Assembly: GCF_006345805.1 (NCBI RefSeq)
Contig: NC_042999.1
Coordinates: 48,298,001-48,362,000, forward strand
Source of the DNA: Octopus sinensis
Lineage: Eukaryota
DNA: 64,000 nt
Reading direction: 5' to 3'
Positions 36,561 to 51,684 of the stretch are shown piece after piece (position 1 is the stretch's first letter; the number at the start of each line of letters is the position of its first letter). Position numbers and translations under genes: made by a program. The notes beneath the pieces were generated by a model. That model did no database searches and was not told the origin of the DNA. It saw nothing but the letters and a program-made list of their open reading frames with translations.

Positions 36561-39318
36561 GAGATGAGTGCTCGTAAGACACACTACCTAAGGTAATTAG
36601 AAGTATGTGTATAGCTTCAGCGAAAAAAATATGGCATTATCAACTAGATTATTTCCGTACTCACATTTTAAATAATCGTTTTAAAAACATGCATGAATAG
36701 TCATGAATAAAAATACGGAATGGTAATTTTATTTAGTCGAGAGTAAACAATGCGTATATCAAATCCTATACTGAAAATTGTCTGCAATATGAAATTTTGT
36801 GAGGTATCATTAAATATGTTATATTTATTTAACAACGACCACCTGTTGTGCGACCATTCACTACATAATGTTTTGCTTTCTAAATGAGATGAGAAATAAA
36901 GCTTACTTACCTGACAACACATTATTCTCTGCTGAAATGTAAATCAACAGTTATAATCCTCATATATCGGCATTGAGGTTAGCATTTATAAATTTATATT
37001 TTGGACAAGGAATATAGGAACTACAAACCTTCAGTCCATTTGTAAAATATATTTGAATGAATATAATTGTATAATATTTTTTTTTATTTCTCACATATCC
37101 GTGGAATGTAGGGCACACCCAACCTTCTTTGTAGAACAGATCTTTGACAGACATGGAAAGTTATTCCATTGTTTTCGAACACGTAATTACTGTATAAAAG
37201 TTTAAAGGCTTTGATTTACTGCATTAACTGAGGAAGAATTTCCATTGATGCACACACACACAGACATAAACACACTCACAAATACACACACGCACACACA
37301 CACACATTTTCCGATACATATTCACTCACAAAAATATTCATACTTATATGTATACATATAATTATATGTATATGTATAAATGTATACACACACATGTGCC
37401 TATGTGAGTATGTTGTTACGAAATTGTTATGAATTTTTGTTTACATTGAAAATGCATTATTCTACCAATTATTATTTTATCAGGAAAACCAAGTTCTAAT
37501 GGATTCGATCGCAAGGTCAATTCCAGGGAAAAACATGCAGAAATATCTCTTTCCACTCATTATATTTTTCAAATAATGGCTTCAGTTTTTTAAGTTCTTA
37601 AATCCTACCACTTCTCACTGGTTAAACCATCTGCATCTTATCAACAGCATCAATCTGCATCATCGTATCCTTCAATGTCGTTAGCATCACAAACAATCAT
37701 TCGCGTATAAAAGAGTATTCTACATGACAAGTGGTAGTTATTGATTAACTTCAGACAATCTGTGATGGATATGATTGCTGAGCAAAAATATCCCACCCGT
37801 GCGTATTTAATTACCCTTTCATGATGTAAGCTATATTTTGTGATCTTAAGGAGATTTGGTTGCAGTTTCTAGCCAGTCGATGGACTACATCTAAATTAAT
37901 CTAGTTGTCTCTTGGCATGGTAATTAATGAAGGTGTTAATTCCACTGCGCAAACGGCATTCATTATTGCGTTATTTCCTTGGAGGAATATTAGTCACAAC
38001 ACCTATTGTTCGAAAATTTCCTGCGTAAAAAAAAATAATCGAATATGAATTGGTATTTGTTTTATTTCAATATTTTCTGAATTTGTTTTTATTTAAGTAT
38101 TTTCAAAATTTTATCGAAATGTCTTTTCACGATCACCTTTCAAATTTAAGTCAGTGGATGGTAACTGATGGAATATAACACAACACTTCAAATAATTCTA
38201 AAGTATTCGCTGAAACAAAGAGCTTTTATCTTAACTTCGAATCTCTAAAAACGTGCAAAAGCGACACGGTTTCAATACTATTGCACTATAGTTTTAATAG
38301 AATTCCTCCCAATGTTTTCAATATATTTGCTCGTATTATTTGATCTCAATTTTCTAATGCATCCATTATACAGATGTTTTCTTTATATCTGTTAGCATCC
38401 ACTGAGAGGCTTTGAAGCTGCAACAGCATTATTGGAAATGGATTTTTGCTTGCGTTGCTTTACATTTATATGTAATATTTATAAAATAGAGATACAAAGA
38501 CGATCACATGAAAGGAATGGACGAGACGTCTACCAACAGTGTTTTTGTGATTAGTTTACTAAGTTAAATACTTGCTCAAACTTTCTTTCCAAATATGTTT
38601 CTATAGACTTAGGCTACCTCTGATTAGCTAGCTTTTCATGAAATACTGAATTAATTTTTTTTAAAGTTTTGAATAGAGAGAGGAAAAAAGAACATATATA
38701 CAGATAGATTTAAACGAGTTGTATATTCAAAAGAATTTGCTGTTATGTGAACATATAATATATAAACCCTTGTGGTGTCTGTAAATGCATTGCCGACTCT
38801 GACACCACTTCAAATGATGACAGCGATCACATATGACATTACGTAACCAATCATGCGTAATCCTTTCCAAGATTTCCATATTAAACTCTCTCACACGCAC
38901 AAAGACATACATTTACAAGTATACACGTATATATACGACAAGAAGCGACACATCCAACATAAATACATGAAACCATACGTAGATGTACTTAATATATTCG
39001 TATATGTATACATTTATGATTACGAGAGAAAATACGTGCTTGTATATCTATTCCTATATATGCATGTATGTATGTATATATACATACAATATATGTATGG
39101 TTAGATATATGTATGTAAATACACACACACACATGAATATATATATGTATGCATATATATATGAGCTTACCTTTCTATATATGTATAGATATATATTATA
39201 TATTCATATATAAGTATATATATACAGTTATATAAATACATTTAGATATATACCTACACACAAATACACACACATACATACGGACGCGTATGTATGTATG
39301 TTTATATATATATATGCT

Positions 39319-39350
<32 letters not shown>

Positions 39351-40289
39351 GCGTTGTGCTCGTGAAAATGTGTGTCCACATATGTTTTCATGAACTATTG
39401 ATTTTTTTCCTGGCGGATATGTCGCTTTTCGTCAGCTTGGTTGGACATGTTTTTCTTATGCTGTAGTACAAATTTAATCAATCGGACTTGTGTTTCTGCT
39501 TCATAATCTACACAAACAATATTGGATCTATTTCAGGACCAGCTATATTAGTATTTCATTGAAATAACCAGATTATTGATTCCCCAAGGGAATATTGTCT
39601 ATTATCGACTGAGTAGGATTCGAAATCAGAAATTCCACATAAGTAACGATTAATTATAATATGTGACCTTTAAACTCCCAATAAAATAATAACCTATGAG
39701 TAAATATTTACATTTACTTCTTTAGTCATTCCTGCAGTGAATATTTACTACCGTTTTATATATTGTGTTCATGAATAGTGTATCTTTGTAGAATTTCTGT
39801 AGGTGTATTATATTTCAATAATCTTTTTCTTCACACTCGTGTACATTATGCGAAGAAATACTGGCTTTAATTAAGAGGTGCTATGTGTGAGAAACTCGCC
39901 AGATTTTTCTCCCTAATATAATTAAAATAATAATGATAATTAGAATAATGTTAACGCACAGACAATAGACAATTTACTGCAGTATATGACTTAAGGTATC
40001 ATCTAGGATGGATATGATGTTTTAAAAAGAAATAAAAAGCATACGCATAAATCTCTTTCAACAGCGGGCAATGAGAGTACTGGATGAGTTTCGGTTTTGC
40101 AGGACTTATCAACTGGTTGTTCATTACAATAGACAATAAGATGATCCTTGCTATTCATCTAGATGGTGCATAGATTATGGGTGTAAATGTCCATGTTATT
40201 TTTCATTATTTACATTATTTGCATTATTTACATTGGACAAGTCTTATAAATGATGGTAGCTACAGCAAAGAAAAGAATGGCCCAACTCT

Positions 40290-40975
40290 GAAAACAGAGA
40301 TCTTGATCAAGATCAGGGATCACTTTACACCAATGAAGTACAAAAAAGTGACTCAACACTACAGTAAACTACCACACATGTACGGTCTCCCTAAAATTCA
40401 CAAGAATGGTACTTCCGTTAAGACATATGGTGAACTGTAGAGGTTCAGCATGTCATGCATTGAGCCGCTTTCTTGTGGATATAATCAGTCCATTAGCAGG
40501 AAAGTCAACATCGTATATGAAGAATTACACCCACTCCACTGAATTGATCAATATACCCCCATTGAATCCAACCAGATGGTGAGACTAGATGTGATAGGCC
40601 TCTTCACCAAAGTCCCAACTAGTGAAAGACTACCAGTAATACAAGAAAAAAAACTAGTGACAGACACCCATCTAAAAGAACGCACCAGTATACCAATAAA
40701 ACTTCATGGAAATGTTGACCGTCTGTGTAGAAACTACCTATTTCAGTATGGGCACTGATATATATATCGACAAAAAGAGGATTTAGCTATGGGTTCGCCA
40801 TTATCACCAGTGATAGTCAATATATACATGGAATACGTTGAGAATTTGGCGTTATGATCAACACCACTAAAGCCAACACTATGGCTACGATATGTTGATG
40901 AGACCTTTATACACTGGCCCCACAAGGAAGATGTCTAAGTGATTTTAGATCATGTGAACTCAATAAAGTTATCCA
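40290..40975 (+). mobile_element. Penelope-like element reverse transcriptase fragment (pseudogenised)
   Basis: PHMYGLPKIHK, LDVIGLFTKVP, LAMGSPLSPVIVNIYME and WLRYVDETF are the PLE RT motifs YGLPKIHK / SLFTxVP / AMGSPLSP / RYVDD; frameshifts and stops are present. Confidence 0.92.
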
Positions 40976-43660
40976 AACAGTTGTTGGGAGGGTTAATACA
41001 TATAAGAAACAGTTAACAATAGATATAGTGTGTTTGACGTTTTAAAAGGGCAGAAAAGGGATAGGACCAAACATGAGAATGCTAGTGTAGCATATCTTAG
41101 TAAAATTATCTGGGTATAGGAAGGAGAATAAGCTAGAGAATTCTCGTGATGGATTCCAAGCTCAATATTATTTCGTTCAATTGTGTATAGGTGAATATAG
41201 TCGTTCTCATGAGGAGTTTTTTCAGGAAGGGTGAATTTAGGCAGTAGTTCGCATTATATTTGCATAGAAATACAGTGGTGGATTTGAAGGTATGGTCCGT
41301 GTTCTGGGGTTGAAAGTTTATATGTAAAGTGCCGGTTAGTAGGTGCAACGTTGCAGATCGTATGGCATAACCAACCTATGATGGTGAAACCATCATGGGA
41401 AAATTTGGCATATCAGTTACCTAATGAGAGTAAGGTTGGACCAAAGCGCGGTCTTAGTGCTCGTTTCTTGTTTGTTGAACAGAATTTTGTCTGTGTCTGG
41501 CCATGTGATTTTTGAAAACTTGTGTTGGTGTGTTTGTATCCTCCAACTAGCAGTTCGGTGAAGGGATACGATAGAAAAAGTACTGGGGGCAATTCATTGG
41601 ACTGCAATTTGAAGGGGGTGCTCCATCATGGCCCCATTTTAATGACAAGAACAAGTAAAATATAAAAAGTGATATATATGCATATATATATTGATCAATG
41701 CAATCATTATATCAATTTAAATGCAGGGCTATCATCAGCTGCGCAAATAAGTTGATAGAATTTTAATCAATCTGACATATTAATATAATTTTACTCAAAT
41801 ATCTTAACAGAGCACGAAGATGAAAGAAATCCATGTAAACGCTATTGTAGCTAAAAATATATTACACTTTCAAGAAATGCATTAAGCTTACTGGGGTCAT
41901 AGCTCGTAAAGGATCGTGATTCATTTTTATTAATCTATTTTATCAACTACTAAATCTAAGCCTAGAGGACTGTCTCTGTTTAGAATGAAGGGAGAGAGCA
42001 AGTTTATAGCTAGGTATGGTCATGAATATTGTCAAGATTTTAGTAGTAAATTGCGTGTAGCATATCTGTCAATAAAGGTGGCTGGGTAAAGGGGACCCTA
42101 AATCATGGTGTTAATTACCGGTTAAAGGGGCAAGATACTTATAAAACCTGTGATGTTAATAGAGAAGAGATTTTATCATGGGGTACTTTAGGTGATTGTT
42201 TATAAACAAAATTGATAGGTTGTATTCAGGTAAAATTCAAGATGATAAAAAATGATACATTAACCAAAATAGATAAACTGTGTATATATATATATCAATT
42301 TTCAACACTAAAAGGGAAAGATTACATAGAATCAGTTTAATATTCATTGATGTACTTAATTATTTACTTATTAGGCGGTTTCTATAAAGATTGCTCTGGA
42401 CATTACTTATGGAATACTGGACAGATAAATATACTATCGATGTAGTAATTATAAGCCAAGAATCAGAAAAAATAATGTTGTGAACAGATACACACACATT
42501 TTTAACTATGTGCACGTATGCACACATACACAAATATTTATACGTTTTTATGGATATAGGATAATCATGTCGCATAGACTTAATTAACTAGAAAGTGTCT
42601 ATCTCTATCTTAGAACAGTAACAACTTATAGGGAGAAGAGCTTAATAGGTGAGTATATCAAATTAAGAAAACAAAATAAGATTTTATAGAAAATTATAAG
42701 AAATATATATATTTACATTTAAAGAGACTGGATATTAAAACTTGAGGTACGAAAGAGATAAAGATAACTCCAAAAGAAGAAGCAATAGGTACGGGATTTG
42801 TGAGTGCAGTTGCAGGTATTCAAACAGTAGAGATTTTATATGTTGCAATGTTAGAGGTTCTATTACATTTATGATTTTATAGTTTCTAGGGGGACTTACA
42901 TAAGAGCCATTACAAATATACATAATATGATCAGTAGGTTAGAGCACCTTCGAAAGGAACAAATACATGATGAAGTCAGATTAACTAGGCAGGATTTTGC
43001 ATCGGATACTAATTACATGTAGCACACCACATATCATAACATATGACCTATAACATATGCAATGCAATTTAAAATCACCATATAACTCAAAATCCAATGA
43101 TTTTATTATATATAATCCTAGAGGGTAATTTCACAACAGATACGACACCAAAATTAATTTCCATCATTAAAGTTCATGTATACCACCTATAATTGCTAAT
43201 TATGAAAATGCCTAAATGTACGGTTGAGGCTATCTATTATTCTCTTATCAATCAGATTGTTCTTGTCCCCATACATAAAAACCGCATAAGTGTCCATAGA
43301 GCACAGCTCAAAACTGTATTGACTATCTCTTAAAGTCTGCACTTTCCGTATTATATCCCATTTAAGGCTAAATTCAGTTACCCTTTACTTCAGTTCTCAA
43401 ATCTTGTTAGATAAGGACGTACACTTGGCTTTATGTTTGAGTTTAAAAGATAAATGATTAATACGCGTTTCATATTTATCGAACATCTTATATATATATA
43501 TATGTATGTATATATAAAGTTACAAGCCTCAGTTATGATTGTACATCTATAAATTACGTTTTGGATTAGAAATCGGCCTAGTAACGGGTAGTGGGATTTA
43601 ACTGCCTTATTCAATTAAACGGAGCTGCTTGAAACGGTCGTACTGCATCGCTTCTTTATG

Positions 43661-43711
<51 letters not shown>

Positions 43712-43932
43712 TACTTATGGGAACAACTGTATTCGAAGACTCACTTTGTCGTTTAGTGCTCAACATGAGGAGTAGATAGAAAGCCGACAACTGAAGTATC
43801 GTTCTCTGTGTTACTTGTCCTGTTTTCCATTTCTTTCTCTCGTTGTTTGCGTTTTGAAATCATTTGTTTTCGTATTTCATGTTCTTTAGTGTTAGTGACG
43901 TCCTCATATATATATATATATATAAATATGCA

Positions 43933-43998
<66 letters not shown>

Positions 43999-44512
43999 TA
44001 TGTACATACATATACATCTACACGCACACACACATACATATACACACAAACACATACTGACGTGCATACGTAAGAGAACATGTGCAAATGAAGATGAGAA
44101 ATTGATCACAGTTAAATAATAAATACAGAGTGAAATAGTGTTTTATTGAATCTGAAAAGACCTCACAACGTGTTGTTTGCTGTTTTCAACAGACGGTCGT
44201 GAGTATTAAGAAGTAAAGTGAACATATATAAGCAGTATAGTTATAAAATATTTAGAAATTTATTGAAAGGTCATAATTAATATTTAGCAACTTGGATGGT
44301 CATAACTCTCAGTCGAAACTGCTTTAAATATTCATTTTATGAGTTGCTAAATAATAATTACTACACTATTTATAAATAAATACCAAACATAGGTCTTCTC
44401 CGAATCGAGTGTCTAATGATCGGTTAAGTTAAAATCTGAGGAACAGATTGATAGATCCGTTCAGCTGCAATACACACGCGCGTGCACGTATATACTTATA
44501 TGCACACATACA

Positions 44513-44625
<113 letters not shown>

Positions 44626-44695
44626 GGAGTAAACACATAAATGTGAAACAAGGTGGAAAAAAAGAGTACTTAAATACCAGTGGTAGAGTAATATG

Positions 44696-44834
44696 CTTTA
44701 TTTAAAGCAGTAGAAAATTCAACAAAATCTGTTACTCTGAGTTTCTCGTTGCCGTTCATCAGACAGTTTTTCTTAGAAAAACTGTCTGATGAACGGCAAC
44801 AGATTTTGTTGAATTTTCTGCTGCTTTAAATAAA

Positions 44835-44835
<1 letters not shown>
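44696..44835. mobile_element. 140-bp hairpin element in (TA)n; the left arm carries an HHR motif on the minus strand
   Basis: Palindrome centred at 44774; the arms pair apart from a 14-nt segment missing from the right arm and one mismatch. Confidence 0.9.
44724..44771 (-). ncRNA. Minimal type-I hammerhead ribozyme motif
   Basis: AAAAACUGU CUGAUGA ACG GCAA CGA GAAAC UCAGA GUA ACAGAUUUU: intact core; short helix II with GNRA loop and an A-A mismatch; palindromic helix III ACUC-A-GAGU. Confidence 0.7.
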
Positions 44836-44900
<65 letters not shown>

Positions 44901-44934
44901 GTGTGTGTTTATGTATATGTGTGTGTTTGTATGT

Positions 44935-45135
44935 TTCTGTGTCTGTGTTTTTCCCCATCCAACTGCGCTTGACAACCGATGGTGGTGTGTTTATGTCAAC
45001 GTCACTTAGCGGTTCGGCAAAAGAAACCGATAGAATAAGTATTAGGCTTACAAAGAATATGTTCCGGTTCGATTTGCTCGACTAAAGCGGTGCTCCAGCA
45101 TGCCCACAGTCAAATGACTGAAAGAAGTAAAACAG
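44935..45135 (+). mobile_element. SINE family B (3' half)
   Basis: gcttgacaaccgatggtggtgtgtttatgtc...cttagcggttcggcaaaagaaaccgatagaataag...cagtcaaatgactgaaa. Confidence 0.88.
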
Positions 45136-45318
45136 AGTATGTGTGTATGTGCATATAACTAAATATATAAATATATATATATGTATATATATATATGTAT
45201 ATATATAATATATATGTATACACACATGCATAACTATATATATATATAATATATATATGTATATATATGTATGTATAGATAAATATCAATATATCAATAT
45301 ATATATATATATATATAT

Positions 45319-45405
<87 letters not shown>

Positions 45406-45889
45406 TAACCTCATACAAAATAGCGAGTAATTGTGCGTAGGAGATCATTCCAACATCAAGATAGACTCAAATGGTACATTCCCAACATATACGTATTTGC
45501 GCTTTGACAGTGCTGGTAAGGTAATGTTCCTTTGTGAGTTATCCATATGTTTCGATGTATCTATATTGTATTATATTTAAATTCATGTGGTATATTTTAT
45601 CTCTCTAAATACATGTCCGAAGTATATTTCCAAGAAATCCATTTCTTCTGATGTATGTTTGATGATGTGTTCCTACAACAGACATTCCTGATTCAAATCG
45701 AAATGGCTTACTGAATTCTTAATCTCGATGTCTTTGTAGATACTTCTATTAAGTTTAAAAAAAAATTATGTGACTGTCTGCTCCCATTAACTTACTGTTT
45801 AAGCATACCGATTTGTAATGGCCATTACCGTTGCAAAGGAATCTCTGCTTTTTGCATTGAAGTTGATAATAATAAATATTTAAACATTC

Positions 45890-45931
45890 TAACTACTACT
45901 ACTACTACTACTACTACTGCTACTACTACTG

Positions 45932-45965
<34 letters not shown>

Positions 45966-45972
45966 TACTACA
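45890..45972. repeat. (CTA)n microsatellite
   Basis: Direct reading of the sequence. Confidence 0.95.
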
Positions 45973-46074
45973 GGCTATTGGTAGCAGCAGTAAAAATAAC
46001 TTTATTAAAATGGAAAGAAATGGAAAAATAATATAGTAGAACAAAATATAAGAGAACGTAAAGCACTAAGATTT

Positions 46075-46352
46075 CTTGATGATTATGATGGTGTTGATGA
46101 TTATGATGTTGATGAATATGATGATGATGATGATGCCGATGATGATGACGATGATGACGATGATGATGATAACGACCATGATGATGACGACGACGACGAC
46201 GATGATGATGATGATATTGATTATTATGATGACCAGGATTATGATAATGATGATGATGATGATATTGATGATGATGATGACGATGATGATGACGATGACG
46301 ACGACGACGATGATGATGATGGTTTTGACGATGATGATGATGATGATGATAA
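46075..46352. repeat. Long degenerate (GAT)n/(GAC)n microsatellite
   Basis: Direct reading; it accounts for ORFs 46066, 46076 and 46239. Confidence 0.95.
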
Positions 46353-47109
46353 ATGGGCTGAAGTACAAGAAATAGAAAAAATAAATGTGAGTTGAAAAAG
46401 AACTAAAAAGAGAAAGAAGTAACTGCACGCCAGAGTGGATGAAGGAAAAAAAAAGCATAAATCAAGGAGAAAACCAATTATAGATGCAAAAATATCTCGT
46501 AAACGCAATGAAAATGCTTACAGTAGGAACTGGAGCTAACAGGCACTTCAAAGTCCTGCAAGGTAAAATCGTTGAATTATAAACTTTATAACCCATGCTG
46601 TTTATCAACTCTAACGTTTTAAAAACTAAGTTATTTTATCTAAAAATGAATAACATGACGTCCAGTACGTTCAGACACGTTAGGCCAGACATATCTGACA
46701 GTTTAAAGGAAAGAAGTTTTAACCGATATATTTATGTCTCTATATCAATCGTTAAGTTACATGGCTGAGGATAAATGTTGTAATTGGCGGTCGGAATTAT
46801 TTGCTAACGACATTGCTGAGAGAAGATGCGATTAAGATTCTGCACTTTTGTTGCTTACATTTTGGTATAACTCACACATAATTATTTATAATTAGGAAGT
46901 GTATTGAATGGGAATGATATCGGATTATTAAGGGTACTTATTTTATCGCCTATGTACAGAAGATACATAAAAAGAACATCATTTGTACATATTTAAAAAA
47001 ATAGGAGGCTATATTGCAAAAAGCCTGACACACAATTCGATATATATTTGTGCATAGTATGTATGTGTATGTATGTGTGTATGCATGTATATACATGCAT
47101 ATAATAGAG

Positions 47110-47292
47110 ATGACCACTACGTGGACATCCAATATGCTAGAAGAAGATCATCTACAATCTAACTACAAAGAAAAGAATGTTATCTAGACAAATTCAGCAA
47201 ATACCAGGATTTCTCTAGAGAACATTCGTTTCTTTGTAGTTAGATCGTAGGTTATCTTATTCTAGCATATTAGATGTCCACTTAGTGGTCAT
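47110..47292. mobile_element. Fold-back element with ~80-bp inverted arms and a 25-bp spacer
   Basis: 47110-47188 versus 47214-47292; a solo homologue of one arm lies at ~55745-55805. Confidence 0.85.
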
Positions 47293-47407
47293 GCCTATTT
47301 CTACGCATGTATTACACTTTTTCAGAATATTCAGATTTATACTATAGTACTTGTTTTAAATTGATATTAATTAAATTATTATTCAATTTATCACCCTCAT
47401 TATATAT

Positions 47408-47471
<64 letters not shown>

Positions 47472-47513
47472 CATATATACATATATATATGCATATGTAT
47501 ATAAATATATATT

Positions 47514-47580
<67 letters not shown>

Positions 47581-47651
47581 TTATATATATGTATATATAT
47601 ATATATATATATTTATATACATATGCATATATATGTATATATGTATGTGTG

Positions 47652-47691
<40 letters not shown>

Positions 47692-49731
47692 GATATAGAT
47701 AGATAGATAGATCGATAGATAGATATAGATATATAGATATATAAATTTACTTCTAATATAGGATAATGTTTTATTCCAAAACAATTCCATCAAAGTGTCC
47801 AGCATCTTAAAATAGCTTTAAAGGTGAACATTGTAAACAATTATAAACAGGGGCAAAAGTTAAAAGATTTCTATGCCAATATGCTGAGAATAGACTTTAA
47901 ATCATCAATCACCACATTACAATCTGTGGATTAATCCCGAAATTGATTCAATATAGAGATGACGAATTAAAAATATATTCTGTTAGCTTGCCTTCCTCGA
48001 TTTGAGCACGATGTGTTTTCATAGTGAATGTATATTGTAATGTGGTGATTGATTATTTAAGTCTATTCTCGGCATATTGCCATAGAAACCCTTTTTTCTT
48101 TTGCCCTTGCTTATAACTGATATATATATAGAGAGAGAAAAGGAGGGAGACAAACAGACAGGCGTATATATATATATAGAGAGAGAGGGAGAGGAAGTGT
48201 TTATGTTATATGAATATCTTCCCTTACGTAAACGATTTTTCACAAATTACCTACTTATTTCCTCCACTCTCATACAACGCCTTCATTAATGTAAAGTATA
48301 TAACGTATCAAGATTTAGATATATAGTATTGTTATAGGAATTTATTTTCCATTACTATACAATTTTGTTTCAGTAATACTAATTAGAACATAATAATATT
48401 CTATAAAAATATATTAACTGTAATCAATTATATAAGTCTTATCTTTTCAATTACCCGTATCGCTATATTCAAAACATTTGCAATTTACTAAAATAATGCA
48501 GATACAAAATGAAAAACGAATCGTAAGTTTATGAAACATTGTGCTTTTGAGGAGATAAATGACGGAATGGAGTATCCAAGCTTCCGCCGATAAGGAGATC
48601 CTAAACTGGGCAGCCTTCCTCTACAATGTTGCATATATAGACGACACACAACCTCTAACCTCGGACCCGAAGAGGACTAGAAGAAGATAAATCGTTCTTT
48701 ACAATATACCAATTCATATAGGAATTTCCACCAACCTAGCCACGATTGTCCTGTCGTAGATTATGAAGAAATTTCCCAGCCTCTAGAAAGATCCGGCCGT
48801 CCAGGGTATTTTCAGCTACCCACCCGATGGCATCGCAAGGCACGACATGGACATGATGGCCACGACTTCATGGGAAATTACACACAAAATTGCAATCGCT
48901 TAGATGCCGGGTGAGAGAGAATACCATATCTTGTCTTGTTTCATATTTATATTCTAGGACATCTCGAGTGAGACCTCTGACATTGAATTGACAATAATCG
49001 ACAGGGCCATACACTTCTAGTGAGGGTCGCCTTCTACTGGCACCTTTGCCTCAGTTCACCTACCTGCAATATGTATTAACAGGAATTACAAATCATGATG
49101 TTGCCATCAGAGCTACGCCGTTCTGGTGAACTTCAAACCACTGGCTGCTGATAACCCAGGTATACCATCTTAATATTAGCTGTTAGTCAACATTGGTCCC
49201 CACAACCATGAAGACGGTTCCTATTCATCGCTGACCCCACCATCAAATGCATCCTTTTGTATCTAGCGTACATCTGTCACGACCGCACACATAAATACGA
49301 AAGGCATGGCTATATGTACACACACTCTTACACACACATGCACACAAACACACTCACACACACACACACACACACACATGCACACATACGCACACACACA
49401 CCAGAAAAATAACCATCACTCGTATACATGTTCTTCAAAACAAATTCGTATTCACTTATTCACTTCTACAAAATGTATTCACTTACGTGCGCACATATGA
49501 TAGAAGCCAAGCCGTCAGCACCTTCCTGTTTTACCACGTAGTCCAAGAAATTCTCCTTTGTAATACAGCTGATGTCGCTGAAATTGCCCTTCTCACTGGC
49601 AAGAATGTGATCCAAGTTGACGAATAGCAGCCCATTTCCTTGTAGATATTTTGGACTTTCTGTACTTTTCCATTAGGTGATTTGTGCCTGAATGATTTAG
49701 GTTCCTGTAAGGTTAAATGTAGCCGAATCAA

Positions 49732-49785
<54 letters not shown>

Positions 49786-50314
49786 AGTGTGTGTATGTGT
49801 GTCTGTGTTCGTGTGTGTGTGTGTGTGTGTATGTGGTTTAATATTCGCTGTATATAGTTATGAGGCACAAAGAATTTCATACATTTGAGACGTGATATAG
49901 ACTGGTTTTTTACAACACGCATTGTGTCTCCTATTAATTTTCTGGCTTTGACTAAACTACTCTATAGTGTTTACGAACCAGAACAATAGAACAAGTGACA
50001 TGGCAAGAACAAAAATATTGAAGAAAGATGGATGCAAAACGCGGAAGGGCAAAAGACGAAAGAGTAAATTTAATAGAGCAAGATGAGAATTAGTGTTATG
50101 TTCCCCGTTATCGTAAAGCCACAATAAAGGTAGTAAATATTGAATAAATGGAGAGGGTTATAAAGTGTTCCGTACAGCTGCTCAATCCGGTGAAGGTGGT
50201 GTCCTTCAATTCATCAAAAGTAACTTATCCATAGTTTGGACTGCGGTATTCCTGATCAGAAATTTTCAGCAAATGCTCACATAAGCTTTACTTTCGACAT
50301 ATATTCTTTTCTAT

Positions 50315-50730
50315 TTTAGGCACAAGGCCCGAAATGTTTGGGGAGGTGACCAGTCGATTAGATCGATCCCAATACGCAATGTGTACTTAATTTATCGACC
50401 CCGAAAGGGTATAAAAATGTCGACCTCGGCGGAATTTGAACTCAGAGAATAAAGACAGGCGAAATACTGCTAAGCATTTCGCCCGGCGTGCTAACGTTAC
50501 TTATTTCTTTGTTGCCCACAAATGACAAGATATAGAGGGGACAAACAAGGGCAGACTATGTATTAAGTCGATTACATCGACCCCAGTGCGTAACTGGTAC
50601 TTAATTTCTCGATCCCGAAATTTTGAAAGGCAAAGTTGACCTCGGCGGGATTTGAACTCAGAACGTAACGGCAGACGAAATACTGCTAAGCATTTCGCCC
50701 GGTGTGCTAACGTTTCTGCCAGCTTACCGC
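50315..50730 (-). mobile_element. Two tandem SINE family A copies
   Basis: Both show cttaattt(a/c)tcga(c/t)cccgaaa...gacctcggcgg(a/g)atttgaactcaga...ctaagcatttcgcccgg. Confidence 0.9.
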
Positions 50731-51651
50731 CATCCTTTCGACAATATATTAATACTATTAAAATACCTATTACTATTTTCAATGTTTAAAGATCTACCAA
50801 CAACACCAATTCTATGTCCTTCATCTGAAGGGCCATTTTGACCATGCCACGTCCACTATCGCCTACGGATGGATTTTTTATATTTCTGATTTCTAGAAAT
50901 AGGGAATCACTTATTCTTGATTATCATCCACAAAATTACAAATTTCTGACAAAATTCTTGCTCTTCGTTTCATCGATATCATCCATGTTATCACTAGCTA
51001 TATACAACATTATTATCACTGACAGTTACATGAACAATAATAATTAAAATACACAGCATAATTATAATCACCTGAAAGTTGACATCAGCATCATCACGAT
51101 TATGATGAGCAACATCGTAATTATCATCATCATCATCATCATTGTCGTCGTCGTCGTCGTCGCCGAAATCATCTTCATAAAATCATACAATCTACAATTG
51201 GAATTTCATAAACAAACCATTACATTGACCTAGTTTTCAAACCGCAAATGATAAAGAAACTGAAGCTTACAAAACATTCACAATATTACAAATGATATTA
51301 TTTCTAGAGACACGATTAAACACTCCCTCGAGCAACGTTTATATTTATTTTTAATTCAGAATGTCTATAATATTTTCTGCATCCACGGCATTCTAATTGC
51401 ATATTAAATGTTCCAGTTTAAATATCGCTTTCTTAATTGACATCAAATTTGCAAATGCACTGATATTCAACTTTTAATCTTTTACACAGTTCATGTATTG
51501 GACTGGGGCCATATTTTGAGAAAGGACAGACAGGCTTTTAACCATTTACGATAAACCCAATATTTTTGTCCGGTGAGTATAAAGAGGGATAAAAACGCAA
51601 TCATACAGAGACGCTCACACACATACAATAATGTGCAAATATCCTCACATG

Positions 51652-51684
<33 letters not shown>

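Noticed and set aside
45420-45760. Possible second PLE RT relic on the minus strand
   Set aside because: Only faint resemblance (RSIYKDIE, FLEIYFGHVF); no diagnostic YVDD or AMG motif could be recovered
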